DNA from: the human T2T-CHM13v2.0 reference genome, Homo sapiens
DNA length: 64,000 bases
Assembly (NCBI RefSeq): GCF_009914755.1
Contig: NC_060926.1
Reading direction: 5' to 3' (one strand)
Shown: positions 26,700 to 43,100 of the stretch, one piece after another
Layout: every line of letters begins with the position of its first letter
Position numbering within the stretch: the first letter of the stretch is position 1
The notes under the pieces: model-generated
The model's input: the letters and a program-made list of their open reading frames with translations, nothing else
Database searches by the model: none
Told to the model about the DNA's origin: nothing
Position numbers and translations under genes: made by a program

Positions 26700-27910
26700 T
26701 TTCATAAGAGCAGGTTGATGATAAAAGTAGAAATATCCCCCATTAGGGGAGTCAGGCTTCTCACTGTCCTTCAAGGTAATTATAACAATTGGAAAAGAAG
26801 GAAACTAGAATGATCTTGGTAGTGTTAGGTTAGAATGAGCAAAATGGGCATAAACTCCTAATTCCCAAATGTATAAAGAGGCATAAAATGCAGATAAAAA
26901 TGCGTATGTGTATTATTTATTTTTTACTTTCTGGTTCCACAATTTGTTTCTGCCTCATTGTGTACCTTCTTTGTCCAATTCCTGAAAACACCTATTTTTC
27001 CAAAAAAAATGCTAGCTTCTTTTAGTAGACAACTGAGTTCTAGGTGTGATCATTGCTAGTGGGGTCTCAATATTTTCAATACTCGACATAGCTAAAGATG
27101 ATATGTAGAAGATAAAGAAAGAGACAGATGATACAAAAGGATAGATAGTTATATAGCTTGCTTGCTTGATTGATATAGATAGGTAGGTAGATAGATTGAT
27201 AGAAGGGTGATGGATTTACTGCAAAGGGATTGGCAATGAATGATGAGGACACATCCAAGAATACAGATACCAGCCTGTGGCTGTATTTAAACATTAAAAT
27301 ATATTTGAAAATAAAATATATTTAATTAAATAAACTAGGAATCCATGAATCTATGCTGATGGAAACAAACACATAGGTAAACATAAATAAATTGAAAGCT
27401 TAATGAGGAATGGAGTATGTACCTACAAAATATTTCTCTATAAAATGGGACAAAATGTCATCATGCACAACCTAATGTGATGAAACGGAAAAAAGCATAA
27501 TTTCTGTGACATTCTTGCCAAAGATGAATAATAACCTGACTCAAAAAATAAAGAAACAACTGATACTTTACAAGACAATTGGTCATGAAGGTTCAAAAGC
27601 GTCAGGGTCATGAAAGTCAAGGAAAAATTGAGAAACTGTTACACATTAAAGGAGACAAGAGCCATGAAAACTAGATGCAGCAGGTAATTCTAAACTGGAT
27701 CCTTTTGCTATATAAAGGCCACAGTTCCAACAACTGGTGAACCTTGAGTCTAAGGATTTGATGGTGGTATTGAGCTATGTTTACTTGTAGAAAATGTACA
27801 TTAAAGTATCTGGGGGTAATGGAGCACCAATTTCAAATTGTTCTAGAAAAGAAGTTATTTGTGCTGTTCTTGCAACATTTCTGTAAATTTGTTTTAAAAT
27901 AAAAAGTTTA
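26700..27910 (+). mobile_element. Old L1M (L1MC/MD-like) 3' fragments with a degenerate (TAGA)n
   Basis: gtcagggtcatgaaagtcaaggaaa...ctaaactggatcc...tgttcttgcaacatttctgtaa...taaaataaaaagtt. Confidence 0.55.
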
Positions 27911-28857
27911 GAAATTATTTAAAAGATTTCTGCATTCCTTTTTGAAAATCTAGACTAATTTTTAAAAGAGTGCAAGAGATGAAGAAACAGAAAAAGAGAT
28001 AAAGACAAGCTTCACATCAAGAAATTCTATCCTGTTGCATGCAAGTGTTGAGGTTTGGAGAATTAATGATAATGCCAGGGCACATTTCAGTGACCTTGTA
28101 GTCACTAAGTCATCAACTCAAAATTACAAGTTTAAATCTTAAGCAATTCCTTGAATTAATCAAATGTAAATTCAATGCAAAATTTTCATTTAAAGCTAAT
28201 CTGCAGTATCTATTAACAAAATTGAATTATCTAGTAATATTTTCCTCTGCACCTGCTAAGAACTATTATTTCAAGTATTTACAAATTTCAAAAACCCGAT
28301 GTTCTAAAAAATTTGGGCAAAGCATATAATTTCAACTTTAGGTCATCACTACTTTATTACGTTGTCAGAACCCTTTATTCTAATTAATGCTAGTCTATCT
28401 GATGCTATTTTTGTCTACCATTGTTATTTTCTTACCATTTTCACTAAACAGTAAAGAAAATAAGATACAGGTGAATTTTAAGTAAACAAGTCTAACTATA
28501 TATTTTTAAATTATATGAAACTGAACTACTGTTTGGAGACTCTGTGAATTTAATTACTACATCTTATTATCCTAGAGCAGAGGTAACAGACTGGTGGTAG
28601 AAAGATCACATCAGACTCATGGAGGTGTTTTGTTTCTTTCACACAGTTTTGTTATTGTTTTCGATGAAATGTGAATGCCTTTAAATAGGGAAAGTACTCT
28701 CTAGTTCATCACAGATGTCACCATTCCCCACTTTTTAATGAAGTGCATGGTGTACTTTACCTATCACATTATATATTTTGCCCCTACAGACATTTGAGTC
28801 TGTGCCTTTATACTAGAGTAGCCTGAGGCTGGTTATGTCAAAAATAAATGATACCCA

Positions 28858-29163
28858 ACAGGGCATGGTGGCTAATGCCTGTAATCCCAGCACTTTGGGA
28901 GGCCGAGGCGGGCAGATTGCTTGAGGTCAGGAGTTTGAGACCAGCCTGGCCAACATGGTGAAAACCCGTCTCTACTAAAAATACAAAAATTAGCCGAGCA
29001 TGGTGGCACACGCTTTTAGTCTCAGCTACTGAGGAGGCTGAGGCAGAAGAATCATTTGAACCCAAGAGATGGAGGTTGCAGCGAGCCGAGATCTTGCCAC
29101 TGCATGCCAGCCTGGGTGACAGAGTGAGACTCCGTCTCAAAAAAAAATTAATTAATAAAAAAA
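28858..29163 (+). mobile_element. Alu (AluS)
   Basis: Full dimer; TSD-like aatgata. Confidence 0.92.
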
Positions 29164-29477
29164 GAATGATATGATACTGAATATCAATACAATTTCTATA
29201 TTTCAATAGGATTTCTTTTGCCTCACTCCAAAAACAAAAACAAAAGGCTAAGATGAAGAGTTTTCATTCCCCTTCATAGTGTCATAGTTTTGGAGAGTTT
29301 TAAGGAAATTTAGAGTATAAATATAAACATATATAAAACAGTAATCATTTATTTAAGATTTATACATAAATACAAAAAAAAAATTGTTGAGCACCTACTA
29401 TGTACCAGACAGTGGGGATACAGCAATGTAAGTTTTCAGTCTTTTGAGAAAGGGAAACAAAAAAATAATTACAGCTA

Positions 29478-31135
<1,658 letters not shown>

Positions 31136-31414
31136 AAAAAAATAATTACAGCTAGTTGGAATGGATAATATGACATAGGAAGTAAAGAATGCAAGAGAAA
31201 GATAAAGAAAGCTGAGTCTAAAACACGAAGGATGAAAAAGGGTCAAACAGAAGAAATAAATATGTGTTGGATGGAGCGTAAGAAAGAAGTGGGAGTCTGT
31301 AGAGCAGAAGCAGCATATGTGTGAAGATCCACAGATGGGGAAGAGAAGGGGATAGTCCAGGAACAGAAATAAGTCCAGAATGACTGGTACGTTGAGACTT
31401 AGGGAAAATATATC

Positions 31415-31620
31415 TGCCATATGGTTATCCAACCTCTATTTGAATGCTTCTAGTGACAAGAAGTTTACTATGAAACTCTTCATCATTGGACAACTCATAC
31501 TGTCTGATATTTTTGCTTATATTAAGGTGAAATCTTTCTTCCCGTAACTACTGCCTATTTGTCTAAGTTTGGCCACTTCTTCCACATGAGAATTCTATGA
31601 ATATTTGAAGAGAGACAAAA
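31415..31620 (+). repeat. L3/CR1-like remnant
   Basis: tggttatccaacctctatttgaatgcttctagtgacaagaagtttact resembles L3. Confidence 0.45.
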
Positions 31621-32363
31621 TCCCTTCTTCCCCTAGGCAACTTTAACAATTCTGTTAAGTACTGTTAAAAAATATGTTCCCCAGGATGAATTCTTGTTGT
31701 CAAGTGGTCTTCTTATAATTAATGTCAGCATTCAATACAATACTCCAAATGATAATAGCTAATATATATTGACTGCTTAGATTGTGTAACATGCTCTGCT
31801 AAACACAACATGCGTTATCACTTTTAACATAATAACCTCCCTTCCTCTTGCAGATGGGAAGACAGGATCTTAAAGTGACTAAATAAGCTTTTCTTCCAGA
31901 AGCCACTAAGCAGTAGAGCTGGTGTTTGAACCCAGGGAGTCTGGCTACACTAGCAGAGTTAATCACTAAATTATAGAGCTAACGCACTACAAAATGGATT
32001 ACTGGCTGTCTTTGATTTGAATACTATACTTTTATTAATTGATTCTATGAGAGCATTGAAAGTCATTTAAAGGACTTTCTGTAACCTAGAACTTTTTATT
32101 GCAAACTTGAAAATAAAAATTGCTCAAACTTCCATATATAAAGTACACTCTCTCTTTTTTCCTTTTTTATTTATTTCCTTTAGCATTGTCCTATAAGACA
32201 AGAATGACGGTTATTTGATGGTAACAAGAGGATTCCAAGGTTTACATTGCGAAGTAAGAGCTTGGTACCTAAGACCCAGAATAAACCTTAGTTCCCATGA
32301 GGAACCTTACTTTCCCAGTGAGGAAATAAAAATGGCTCGGAGTTCTCAATTAGTCTTTCTGGT

Positions 32364-32726
32364 TGATATGATTTGGCTGTGTCCCCACCCAAATCTCATG
32401 TTGAATTGTAGCTCCCATAATCCCCATGTGTTGTGGAAGGAAACCAGCAAGAGGTAATTGAATCATGGGGGCGGGTCTTTCCTGTGCTGTTCTCATGATA
32501 GTGAACAAGTCTCATGAGATCTGATGGTTTTATAAATGGGACTTCCCCTGCACAAGCTCTTGCCTGCTGCCATGTAAGATGTATCTTTGCTCCTTCTTTG
32601 CCTTCCACCATGAATGTGAGGCTTCCCCAGCCATGTGAAACTGTGAGTCCATTAAACCTCTTTTGCTTTATAAATTACCCAGTTTCAGGTATGTCTTTAT
32701 TAGCAGCATGAGGACAGACTAATACA
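32364..32726 (+). mobile_element. THE1 solo LTR
   Basis: TGATATGATTTGGCTGTGTCCCCACCCAAATCTC...GACTAATACA; perfect TSD CTGGT (32359-32363, 32727-32731). Confidence 0.95.
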
Positions 32727-33901
32727 CTGGTGTGCCTCACTGCCATCTAAAGAAATGACTCATCTAAAAACTGGAATCAAGAAAGTTTTGTGAAATCCGT
32801 ACTTATAGATTTGAAATTTAAAGATTGGTAAATTTTTTATGGTGTTTACAGAAGCAACGGATTTTTATCAGACATTAAGTCAATTAACTCCTCTATTGCT
32901 CCCATTTCTGAAACCTCTTCACCTCAGTTACTTTTTAATGGTTGACTACATTCATAAAATTTGCATGTCTACTATGTGGCAGGCACCATAATCAATAGGT
33001 AGAACTAAAATTTTCAAGCAATTAAAAGGGATTAAGGGAGTAAATGATACCAATTCAGAAGAGATAAAAGGAACTGGAACATTGATCACATAGTTGAGTA
33101 AGTTGTGCAGGACCCAGTTTATTTCAATCTGATTTAGGATTATTTTGAAATTAGGGCTTAATCCTAAATTGTTTTATTCTAAAAAATATTTTAATGCATA
33201 GACAAACTTGTCCTTAAATTCTGAAGCAAAGTTTTCCTCTTTCTCTAGTCACTGTGAAAGGTGGTAATATGAGCAAGTTGGGGATTGCAGGAGGGTATGT
33301 CAAGCTTGATCCAAAATGTAAGCCTTTAGCAAGTTGTGACAACATCTGAGTGGAAAAGCTAGTTCTATCATCAACTGAGCTACAGTGTGATCCAGTAGCG
33401 AAACAGTTACCACAGAAAATAAACAACTAAAGTTAATTTCCCTTCTTTAGGTCAGAAGGCTGGAATTAGATCCCACCTCTGTTGAAATTTGAAGTCACTC
33501 CTTGATGTGCCTATTTAGGAACCATCTTCTTTTTTAAAAATTTGCGATTTGGGGGTACATGTGCTTGTTGGTTATATGGGTATTACATGTGTAATGGTGA
33601 GGACTAGGCTTCTAGTGTGCCCGTCACCAAAATATTGTACATTGTATCCAGTAGGTAATTTCTCACCCATCATCCCTTCCCTACTATGGCATTCCCAGAG
33701 TATTTTTTCTGTCTTTGTGCCTGTGTATACCATTTGTTTAGTTTCCACTTATAAGTGAGAACATATGATATGTGATTTTCTGCTTCTATGTTAGTTCACT
33801 TAGGATAATGGCCTCCAGCTCCATCCATGTTGCTGCAAAGGACATGATTTCATTCTTTTTTATGGCTGTGTAGTATTCCATGGTGCTTATATACCACATT
33901 T

Positions 33902-34206
33902 TCTTTTTTTTCTTTTTGTCTCTTTTTTAAGATGGAGTTTTGCTCTGCTGCTCAGGCTGGAGTGCAGTGGCGCAATCTCGGCTCACTGCAACCTCCACCT
34001 CCTAGATCCAGTGATTCACTGCCTCAGCCTCCCAAGTAGCTGGGATTATAGGTGTCCGCCACCACACCTGGCTAACTTTGTATTTTTAGTAGATATGGGG
34101 TTTCACCATGTTGGCCAGGCTGGTCTCAAACTCCTGATCTCAGGTGATCTGCCTGCCTCAGCCTCCCACAGTGCTGGGATTACAGGTGTGAGCCACTGCA
34201 CCTGGC
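33902..34206 (-). mobile_element. Alu (AluS) inside L1
   Basis: TSD ccacattttcttt on both sides. Confidence 0.93.
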
Positions 34207-34484
34207 GTCCCACATTTTCTTTATCCAATGAACTGTTGGCGGACACTTAGGTTGTTTCCATGACTTTGCTATTGTAAGTAGTGCTGCAATAAACATATGA
34301 GTGCATGTGTCCTTTGGGTGGATACACAGTAGTGAGATTGCTGATTCAAATGGTAGTTTTATTTTCAATTTCTTGAGATATTTCCATACTGTTTTCCATA
34401 GTCTGAACTAATTTACATTCTCATCAACAGAGTATGAATGTTTTCTTTTCTCTGCATCCACACCAACATCTGTTATTTTTTGGC

Positions 34485-37400
34485 TTGTTTTTTCCTTTTT
34501 TAATCTTTATTTTAATTTTTTTTATAAGTTATTGGGGTACAGGTATTAGTTGGTTACATGAGTAAGTTCTTTAGTGGTGATTTGTGAGATTTTGGTGCAC
34601 CCAGCACCCAAGCAGTATACAATGCACCACATTTGTACTCTTCTATCCCTCGCCCCCCTCTCACTCTTCCCCTAAGCCTCAAAAGTCCATTGCATCATTC
34701 TTATGCCTTTGTGTCCTCAGAACTTAGCTCCCACATATTAGTGAGAACATACAACGTTTGGTTTTTCATTCCTGAGTTACTTCACTTAGAATAATAGTCT
34801 CCAATCTTATCCAGGTCACTGCAAATGCTGTTAATTCATTCCTTTTTATGGCTGCGTAGTATTCCATCACATATATATTCCACAGTTTTTTAATCCACTT
34901 GTTGATTGATGGGCATTTGGGTTGGTTCCACAATTTTGCAATTGTGCATTGTGCTGCTATAAACATGTGTGCAAGTACCTTTTCGAATGTGCATTGTGCT
35001 TCTATAAACGTGTGTGCAAGTACCTTTTCGAATAATGACTTCTTTTCCTCTGGGTAGATATCCAGTAGTGGGATTGCTGGATCAAATTGTAGTTCTAGTT
35101 TTAGTTCTTTAAGGAATTTCCACACTATTTTTGATAGTGGCTGTACTAGTTTACATTCCCACCAACAGTGTAGAAGTGTTCCCTGTTCACCTCATCCATG
35201 CCAATGTCTACTCTTTTTTGATTATGACCATTCTTGCAGGAGTGAAGCGGTATCACATTGTGGTTGTGATTTGCATTTCCCTGATCATTAGTAATGCTGA
35301 GCATTTTTTCATATGTTTGTTGGCCATTTGTATATCTTCTTTTGAGAATTCTCTGTTCATGTCCTTAGCCCACTTTTTGATGGGATTGTTTGTTTTTTTC
35401 TTGCTGATCAATTTGAGTTCATTGTAGATTCTGGATATTAGTACTTTGTCAGATGTACAGATTGTGAAGATTTTCTCCCACTCTGTGGGTTGTCTGTTTA
35501 TTCTGCTGACTGTTCCTTTTGCTGTGCAAAAGCTGTTTCATTTAATTAGGTCCCAGCTATTTATCTTTGTTTTTATTGCATTTGCTTTTGGGTTCTTGGT
35601 CATGAAATCCTTGCCTAAGCCAATGTCTAGAAGGGTTTTTCCAATGTTATCTTCTAGAATTTTTATAGTTTCAGGTCTTCGGTTTAAGTCCTTAATCCAC
35701 CTTGAGTTGATTTTTGTATAAGGTGAGATGAGGCTCCAGTTTCATCCTCCTACATGTGGCTAGCCAATTATCCCAGCACCATTTGTTGAAAAGGGTGTCC
35801 TTTCCCCACTTTATGATTTTGTTTGCTTTGTGGAAGATCAGTTGGCTGTAAGTATTTGGGCTTATTTCTGGGTTCTCTATTCTGTTCCATTGGTCTATGT
35901 GCCTATTTTTATACCACTACCATGCTGTTTTGGTGACTATGGCCTTATAGTAGAGCTTGAAATCAGGTAGTGTGATGCCTCCAGATTTGTTCTTTTTGTT
36001 TAGTCTTGCTTTGGCTATGTGGGCTTTTTGGTTCCATATGAATTTTAGAATTACTTTTTCTAACTCTGAAGAATGATGGTGGTATTTTGATGGGTATTGC
36101 ATTGAATTTGTAGATTGCTTTTGGCAGTATGGTCATTTTCATAATATTTATTCTACCCATCCATGAGCATGGGATGTGTTTCCATTTGTTTTCATTGTCT
36201 ATGATTTATTTCAGCAGTGTTTCCTAGTTTTCCTTGCAGAGGGCTTTCGAGTCCTTTGTTAGGTATATTCCTAAGTATTTTATTTTTTTACAACTAGTGT
36301 AAAAGGGGCTGAGCTCTTGATTTAGTTCTCTGTTTGGTCGCTGTTGGTGTAGAGAAGAGCTACTGATTTTTCATTAATCTTGTATCCGGAAACTTCACTG
36401 AATTATTTTATCAGTTCTAGGAGTTTTCTGGAGGAGTCCTCAGGGTTTTCAAGGTAAACAATCATATCATCAGCAAACAGTGACAGTTTGACTTCCTCTT
36501 TACTGGTTTGGATGCCCTTTATTTATTTATCTTGCCTGATTGCTCTGGCTAGGACTTCCAGTACTAAGTTGAAGAGGCGTGGTGAGAGTGGACATCCTTG
36601 TCTTGTTCCAGTTCTCAGAGGGAATGCTTTCAACTTTTCCCCATTCAGTATTATGTTGGCTGTGGGTTTGTCATAGATGGCTTTTATTACATTAAGGTAT
36701 GTCCCTTGTATGCCGATTTTGCCATGAGTTTTCATCACAAAGGAACACTGGATTTTGTCAAATGTTTTTTCTGCATCTATTAAGATGATCATGTGATTTT
36801 TGTTTTTAATTCTGTTTATGTGGTGTATCACATTTATTGACTTGCATATGTTAAACCATCCCTGCATCCCTGGTATGAAACCCACCTGATCATGGTGAAT
36901 TATCTTTCTGATATGTTGCTGGATTCGGTTAGCAAGTATTTTGTTAAGGATTTTAGCATCTATGTTCATCAAGGATATTGGTCTGTAGTTTTGTTTTTTG
37001 CTCTTGTCCTTTCCTGGTTTTGGTATTAAGATGATGCTGACTTCATAGAATGAATTAGGGGGTGGGGGTTCCTTCTTTCTCTATCTTGTGGAATAGTTTC
37101 AAAAGGATTGGTACCAATTCTTCTTTGAATTTGTGGTAGAATTCTGCTGTGAATCTGTCTGGTCCTGGACTTTATTTCTGTTGGTAATATTTTAATTACC
37201 ATTTCATTCTCCCTGCTTGTTATTGGTCTGTTTAGGGTATCTAATTCTTTCTGATTTAAGCTAGGAGGGTTGTATTTTTCCAGGAATTTCTCCATCTCTT
37301 CTAGGTTTTCTAGTTTATGTGCAGAAAGGTGTTCATAGTAGCCTTGAATGATCTTTTGTATTTCAATGGTGTCAGTTGTATTATCTCTTGTTTTGTTTCT

Positions 37401-40135
37401 TAGTGAAGTTACCTGGATTTTCTCTCTTCTTTTCTTGGTTAATCTTGCCAGTGGTCTATTTTATTTATCTTTTCAAAAAACCAGCTTTTTGTTTCATTTA
37501 TCTTTTGTAATTTTATTTCAATATCATTTAGTTCTGCTCTGATCTCGGTTATTTTCTTTCTTCTGTTGGGTTTTGGTTTGGTTTGTTCTTGTTTCTCTAG
37601 TTCCTTGAGGTGTGACCTTAGAGTGTCAATTTGTGCTCTTTCAGTCTTATTGATGTAGGCATTTAGGGCTATGAGCTTTCTTGTTAGCACTGCCTTTGCT
37701 GTATCCCAGAGGTTTCCATAGGTTGTGTCATTATTGTTGTTGAGTTCGAAGAATTTTTAAATTTCCATATGATTTTTGTTTTTGACCCAATGTTCATTCA
37801 GGAGCAGGTTATTTAATTTCCATGTGTTTGCATGGTTGTGAAGGCTCCTTTTGGAGTTCATTTCCAGTTTGATTCCACTGTGGTCTGAGAAAGTGCTTGA
37901 TATAATTTCAATTTTCTTAAATTTACTGAAGCTTGTTTTATGGCTTATCATATGGTCTATCTTGAAGATAGTTCCATGCACTGTTGAATAGAATGTGTGT
38001 TCAGCCATTGTTGGATGAAATGTTCTGTACAGATCTGTTAAGTTCATTTGTTCCAAGGTATAGTCTAATCCTTTGTTTCTTTGTTGACTTTCTACCTTGA
38101 TGACGTGTCTAATGCTGTCAGTGGAGTACTGAAGTCCCCCACTATTACTATGTTGCTGCCTATCTCATTTCTTATGTCTATTAGTAATTGTTTTATAAAT
38201 TTGGGAGCTCCAGTGTTAGGTGCCTATGTGTTTAGGAATGTGATATTCTCCTCTTGGACAAGGCCTTTTACCATTATATAATGTCCCTCTTTGTCTCTTT
38301 TAACTGCTGTTGCTTTAAAGTTTGTTTTGTATGATGCAAGAATAGGTACCGCTGCTTGCTTTTGGTGTCCATTTGCATGAAATGCCTTTTTCCACCCCTT
38401 TACTTTAAGTTTGTGTGACTCCTTTTGTGCTAGATGGGTCTCCTGAAGGCAGCAGATGTTGGTGAGTTGTTATCCATTCTGTGGTTCTATATCTTTTAAG
38501 TGCATCATTTAGGCCATTTGCATTCATTGTTGGTATTGAAATATGAGGTACCATTGCATTCACTGTGCTTTTAATTTCCTGTGTACTTTCTTTATTTTGC
38601 TTTTTAACTTGTATTTTTGTTTTATAGGTCCTGTGTGATTTATTCTTTAAAGAGGTTCTGTTTTGATGTGTTTCCAGGATTTGTTTCAAGATTTAGAGCT
38701 CCTTCTGGCAGTTCTTGTAGTGGTGCTTTGGTAATGGTGAATTTTCTCAGCATTTGTCTGAAAAAGACTATATCTTTTCTCCATATATGACGCTTTGTTT
38801 TGCTGGATACAAAATTCTTGGCTGATAATTGTTTTATTTGATGAGGCTATAAAGATAGGGCCTCAATCTCTTCTAGCTTGTAGGGTTTCTGCTGAGAAAT
38901 CTGCTGTTGATCTGGTAAGTTTTCCTTTATAGGTTACCTGGTGCTTCTGTCTCACAGCTCTTAAGACTCTTTCCTTCATCTTAATTTTGGATAACCCGAT
39001 GAAAATGTGCCTAGGCAAAGATCTTTTTGTGATGAATTTCCCAGGTGTTCTTTGTGCTTCTTGTATTTGCACGTCTAGGTCTCTAGCAAGGCTGGGGAAG
39101 TTTTCCTCAATTATTCCCCTAAATGTGTTTTCCAAGCTTTTAGAATTCTCTTCTTCCTTAGGAACACCAATTATTCTTAGGTTTGGTCATTTAACGTAAT
39201 TTTAGACTTCTTGGAAGCTTTGTTGATATTTTCTTACTCTTCTTTCTTTGTCTTTGTTGGATTGGATTAATTCTAAGACCTTGTCTTTGAGCTCTGAATT
39301 TCTTTCTTCTTGTTCAATTCCATTGTTGAGACTTTCCAGAGCACTTTGCATTTCTAAAAGTTTGTCCAAAGTTTCCTAATTTTGTATTTTTTTTTCTTAA
39401 AGCTATCTATTTCCTTGAATATTTCTCCCTTCACTTCTTCTTTCATGTTTTGGATTCCCTTGCAATGGGCTTCACCTTTCTCTGGTCCCTCCCTGATTAG
39501 CTTAATAACTAACCTACTGAATTCTTTGTCAGGTAAATCAGGGATTTCTTCTTGGTTTGGATCCATTGCTGGTGAACTAGTGTGATTTTCTGGGGGTGTT
39601 GAAGAGCCTTGTTTTGTCATATTACCAGCATTGGTTTTCTGTTTCCTTCTCATTTGGGTAGGCTCTGTCAGAGGGAAGATCTATGTCTGAAGGCTGTTGT
39701 TCAGACTTTTTTGTCCCATGGGGTGTTCCCTTGATGTAGTACTCTCCCCCTTTTCCTGTGGATGTGGCTTCCTGTGAGCCAAGAGCAGTGATTGTTGTCT
39801 CTCTTCTGGGTCTAGCAACCCAGCTATTCTACCCGGCTCTGGACTAGTACTGTGGGTTGTCTGCACAGAGTCCTGTGATGTGAACTGTCTATGGTCTCTC
39901 AGCCATGGATACCAGTGCCTTCAGCTTCTCCTGTGGAGGTGTGTGATCAGGAGAGGGGAGTCTCCCTTTCCACTTCCACAGTTGGGGCACTCACAGTTTT
40001 GGAAGGGTCTCGGATCCTTCAGGAGCAGTCCACTTCCTTCAGAAGGTCTGTGTCTGATCTCAGGTCTCCAGGTCATGTCCCTGGTGCTGCCTGATCTGCA
40101 TCCAGTGTGAGCAGGAGTTGCCGCGGGCTCCACTC
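34485..40135 (-). mobile_element. Near-full-length L1 (L1PB1-like) nested in the older L1; ORF1/ORF2 disrupted
   Basis: 3' tail at ~34490-34525; RT peptide (36523..36972, [10 protein letters not shown]), endonuclease (37757..38056), ORF1 (38863..39653) and 5' UTR-like sequence to ~40135. Confidence 0.9.
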
Positions 40136-43100
40136 TGACTTTTTAAGTAACAGCCATTCTGACTTGTGTAAGGTGGCATCTCAGTGTGGTTTAAATTTAC
40201 ATTTCTCTTATGATTCATGATATTGAGAATTTTTTCATGTGTTGGTTGACCACTTGTATTTCTTCTTTTGAGAAACATCTGCTCATATCCTTTGCCCAGT
40301 TTCTAATGGGGTTGTTCGTTTTCTTTCTGTTGATTTGTTTGAGTTCGTTATAGATTCTAGATATTAATTCATTTTCAGAAGCATAATTGGTAAATAATTT
40401 CTCCCATTCTGTAGATTGTCTGCTTATCCTGTTGATTATTTCTTTTGCTGTGCAGAAACATTTTGGTTTGATTAAGTCCCATTTGTCTATTTTTGCTTTG
40501 TTGCATTTGCTTTTGGGGTCTTCATTATAAATCCTTTGCCTAGGCTAATGTCCAGAAAAGTTTTTCCAGGCTTTCTTTTAGGATTTTTATAGTTTAAGTC
40601 TTATGTTTAGGTCTTTAATCCATCTTGAGTTAATTTTTGTATGTGATGAGAAATAGGGATCCAGTTTCATTCTTCTGCATATGGCTAGCTAGTTACCCAG
40701 CACCATTTATTGAATAGGATGTCCTTTCTGCATTGTTATTTTTGTTAGCCTTATTGAAGATCAGTCAGATGTAGGTATGTGGCTTTATTTTGGGGTTCTC
40801 TATTCTGTTCCATTGATCTGTGTCTATTTTTGTATCAGTATCATGCTGTTTTAGTTACCATAGCCTTGTAGTATAATTTGAAGTCAGGCGATGTGATGTC
40901 TCCAGATTTGTCCTTTTCCTTAGGAGTACTTTGGCTATTCGGGCTTTCTCTTGGTTCTATGTAAACTTTAGGATTTTTTTTTTTAATTATGTGAAAAATG
41001 ATGTTACTAATTTGTTAGGAATTACATTAAGTCTATAGATTGCTTTGGGAATATGGTCATTTTAACAATATTGACTCTTCCAACTCATGAGCATGGAATG
41101 TTTTTCCATTTATTGGTGTTATCTACAATTTAAAGAAATTAAAGCATCACTGTTTTGTAGTTCTCCTTGTAGAGATCTTTCACCTCCTTGGTTAAATATA
41201 TGTCTAGGTATTTTTTGTGCGGCTATTTTAAATGGCCTTAAGTTCCTGATTTGGTTCTCAGATATATCATTGTTGGTGTATGAAAAATGCTACTGATTTG
41301 AGTATGTTGATTTTGTATCCTGAGACTTACTAAAGTCACTAACCAGGCCTAGAAGACTTCTAGAGGAGTCTTTAGGGTTTTTTAGGTATATGATCATGGC
41401 ATATACCTGTTCATCTCATTGAACAGAGATAAGTTGACTTCCTCTTTTCCAATTTGGATGCCTCTTATTTCTTTCTCTTGCCTGATAGCTCTAGCTAGGA
41501 CTTTCAGTGCTATGTTCAATAGGAGTAGTGAGACTGAACATCCTTGTCTTGTTCCAATTCTTAGGGGAAATGTTTCAACTTTTCCCCATTCAGCGTGATG
41601 TTGGCTGTGGGTTTGTCATATATGACTGTTATTATTTTGAGGTATGTTTCATTTATGCCTAGTCTGCTGAGGGTTTTTTTTTTAATCACGAAAGGATGTT
41701 GGATTTGATGGAATTCTTTTTCTGCATCTATTGAGATGATCATATGGTCTTTGTGCTTAGTTCTGCTTATGTGGTGGATCATGTTTATTGATTTGTGTAT
41801 ATTGAGCCATCCTTGCTTCCCTGATCATGGTGAATCATTTTTTCATGTGCTGTTGTAGTTTACCAGTATTTTGTTGAGGATTTTTGCATCTATGTTCAGC
41901 AGAAATATTGGCCTGTAGTTTTCTTTTTTGTTGTTGTTGTGTCCTTGCCTGATTTTGATAAGCATGGTGATGGTGGATTCATAGAATGAGATGGGAAGGG
42001 AGCCGTCCTCTTCGATTTTTTTTTGGAATAGTTTCACCAAGATTGGTACCACCTCTTCTTTGTACATCTGGTAAAATTTGGCCATGAATCCATCTTGTCC
42101 TGGGCTTTTTTTATCGGGAGATTTTTTTTATTATTGGTTTAATTTCATTACTTGTTATTGGTCTGTTCAGGGTTTCTATTTCTTCCTGGTTTAATCTTGG
42201 GGGTTGTATGTTTCCAGGAATTTATTCATTTTCTTTAGGTTTTCTAGTTTGTGTGAATAGAGGTATTCACAGTAGTCTTTGATGATCTTTTCTGTTTCTC
42301 TGGTAACAGTTGTGATGTCATCTTTATCATTTCTAGTAATTATGTGAATCTTTCTTTTTTCCTTAGTCTAGCTGGTGGTCTGTCAATTTTGTTTAGCCTT
42401 TCAAAGGATCAACTTTTCATTCATTGATCCTTTCTATTGTTTTTTTTTTTTTTTTTTGGCCTGAATCTCCTTTATTTTTGCTGTGATCTGTGTTGTTCTT
42501 TTCTTCTGATAGCTTTTATTTTATTTTGCTCTTGTTTTTCTAGTACCTTCAAGTGTGATGTTAAATTGTTAATTTGAGAGCTTTCTATCTTTTTGATGTA
42601 AGCATTTAATGCTATAAACTTTTCTCTTAGCACTGCCTTTGCTATATCCTAGGAGCTTTGGTATGCTGTGTCTTTATTTTTATTTGTTTTGCATTTTTTT
42701 AATTTCTGCCATTATTTTATTGTTTACACAAAAGCTGTTCAGGAGAAAGTTGTTTAGTTTCCATGTACTTGTATAGTTTTGAAAGCTTCTCCTTAGTATT
42801 GATTTCCAATCTTACTCCACTGTGGTCCAAGAAGCTACTTGATATGATTTCAATTTTTTTGAATTTATTGAGACTTCCCTTTTGGACAAGCATACAGTTA
42901 ATTTTGGAGACTGTTTCATGCACAGATGAGAAGAATGTATATTCTGCAGTTGTTGGGTATAATGTTCTATAAATGTCTATTAGGTCCTTTTGCTCCACAG
43001 TCCAATTTAAGTCCAGAGTTTCCTTGTTGATTTTCTGCCTTGATTATCTGTCTAGTAATATAAGTGGGGTGTTGAAGTCCACCACTATTATTGTATTGCT

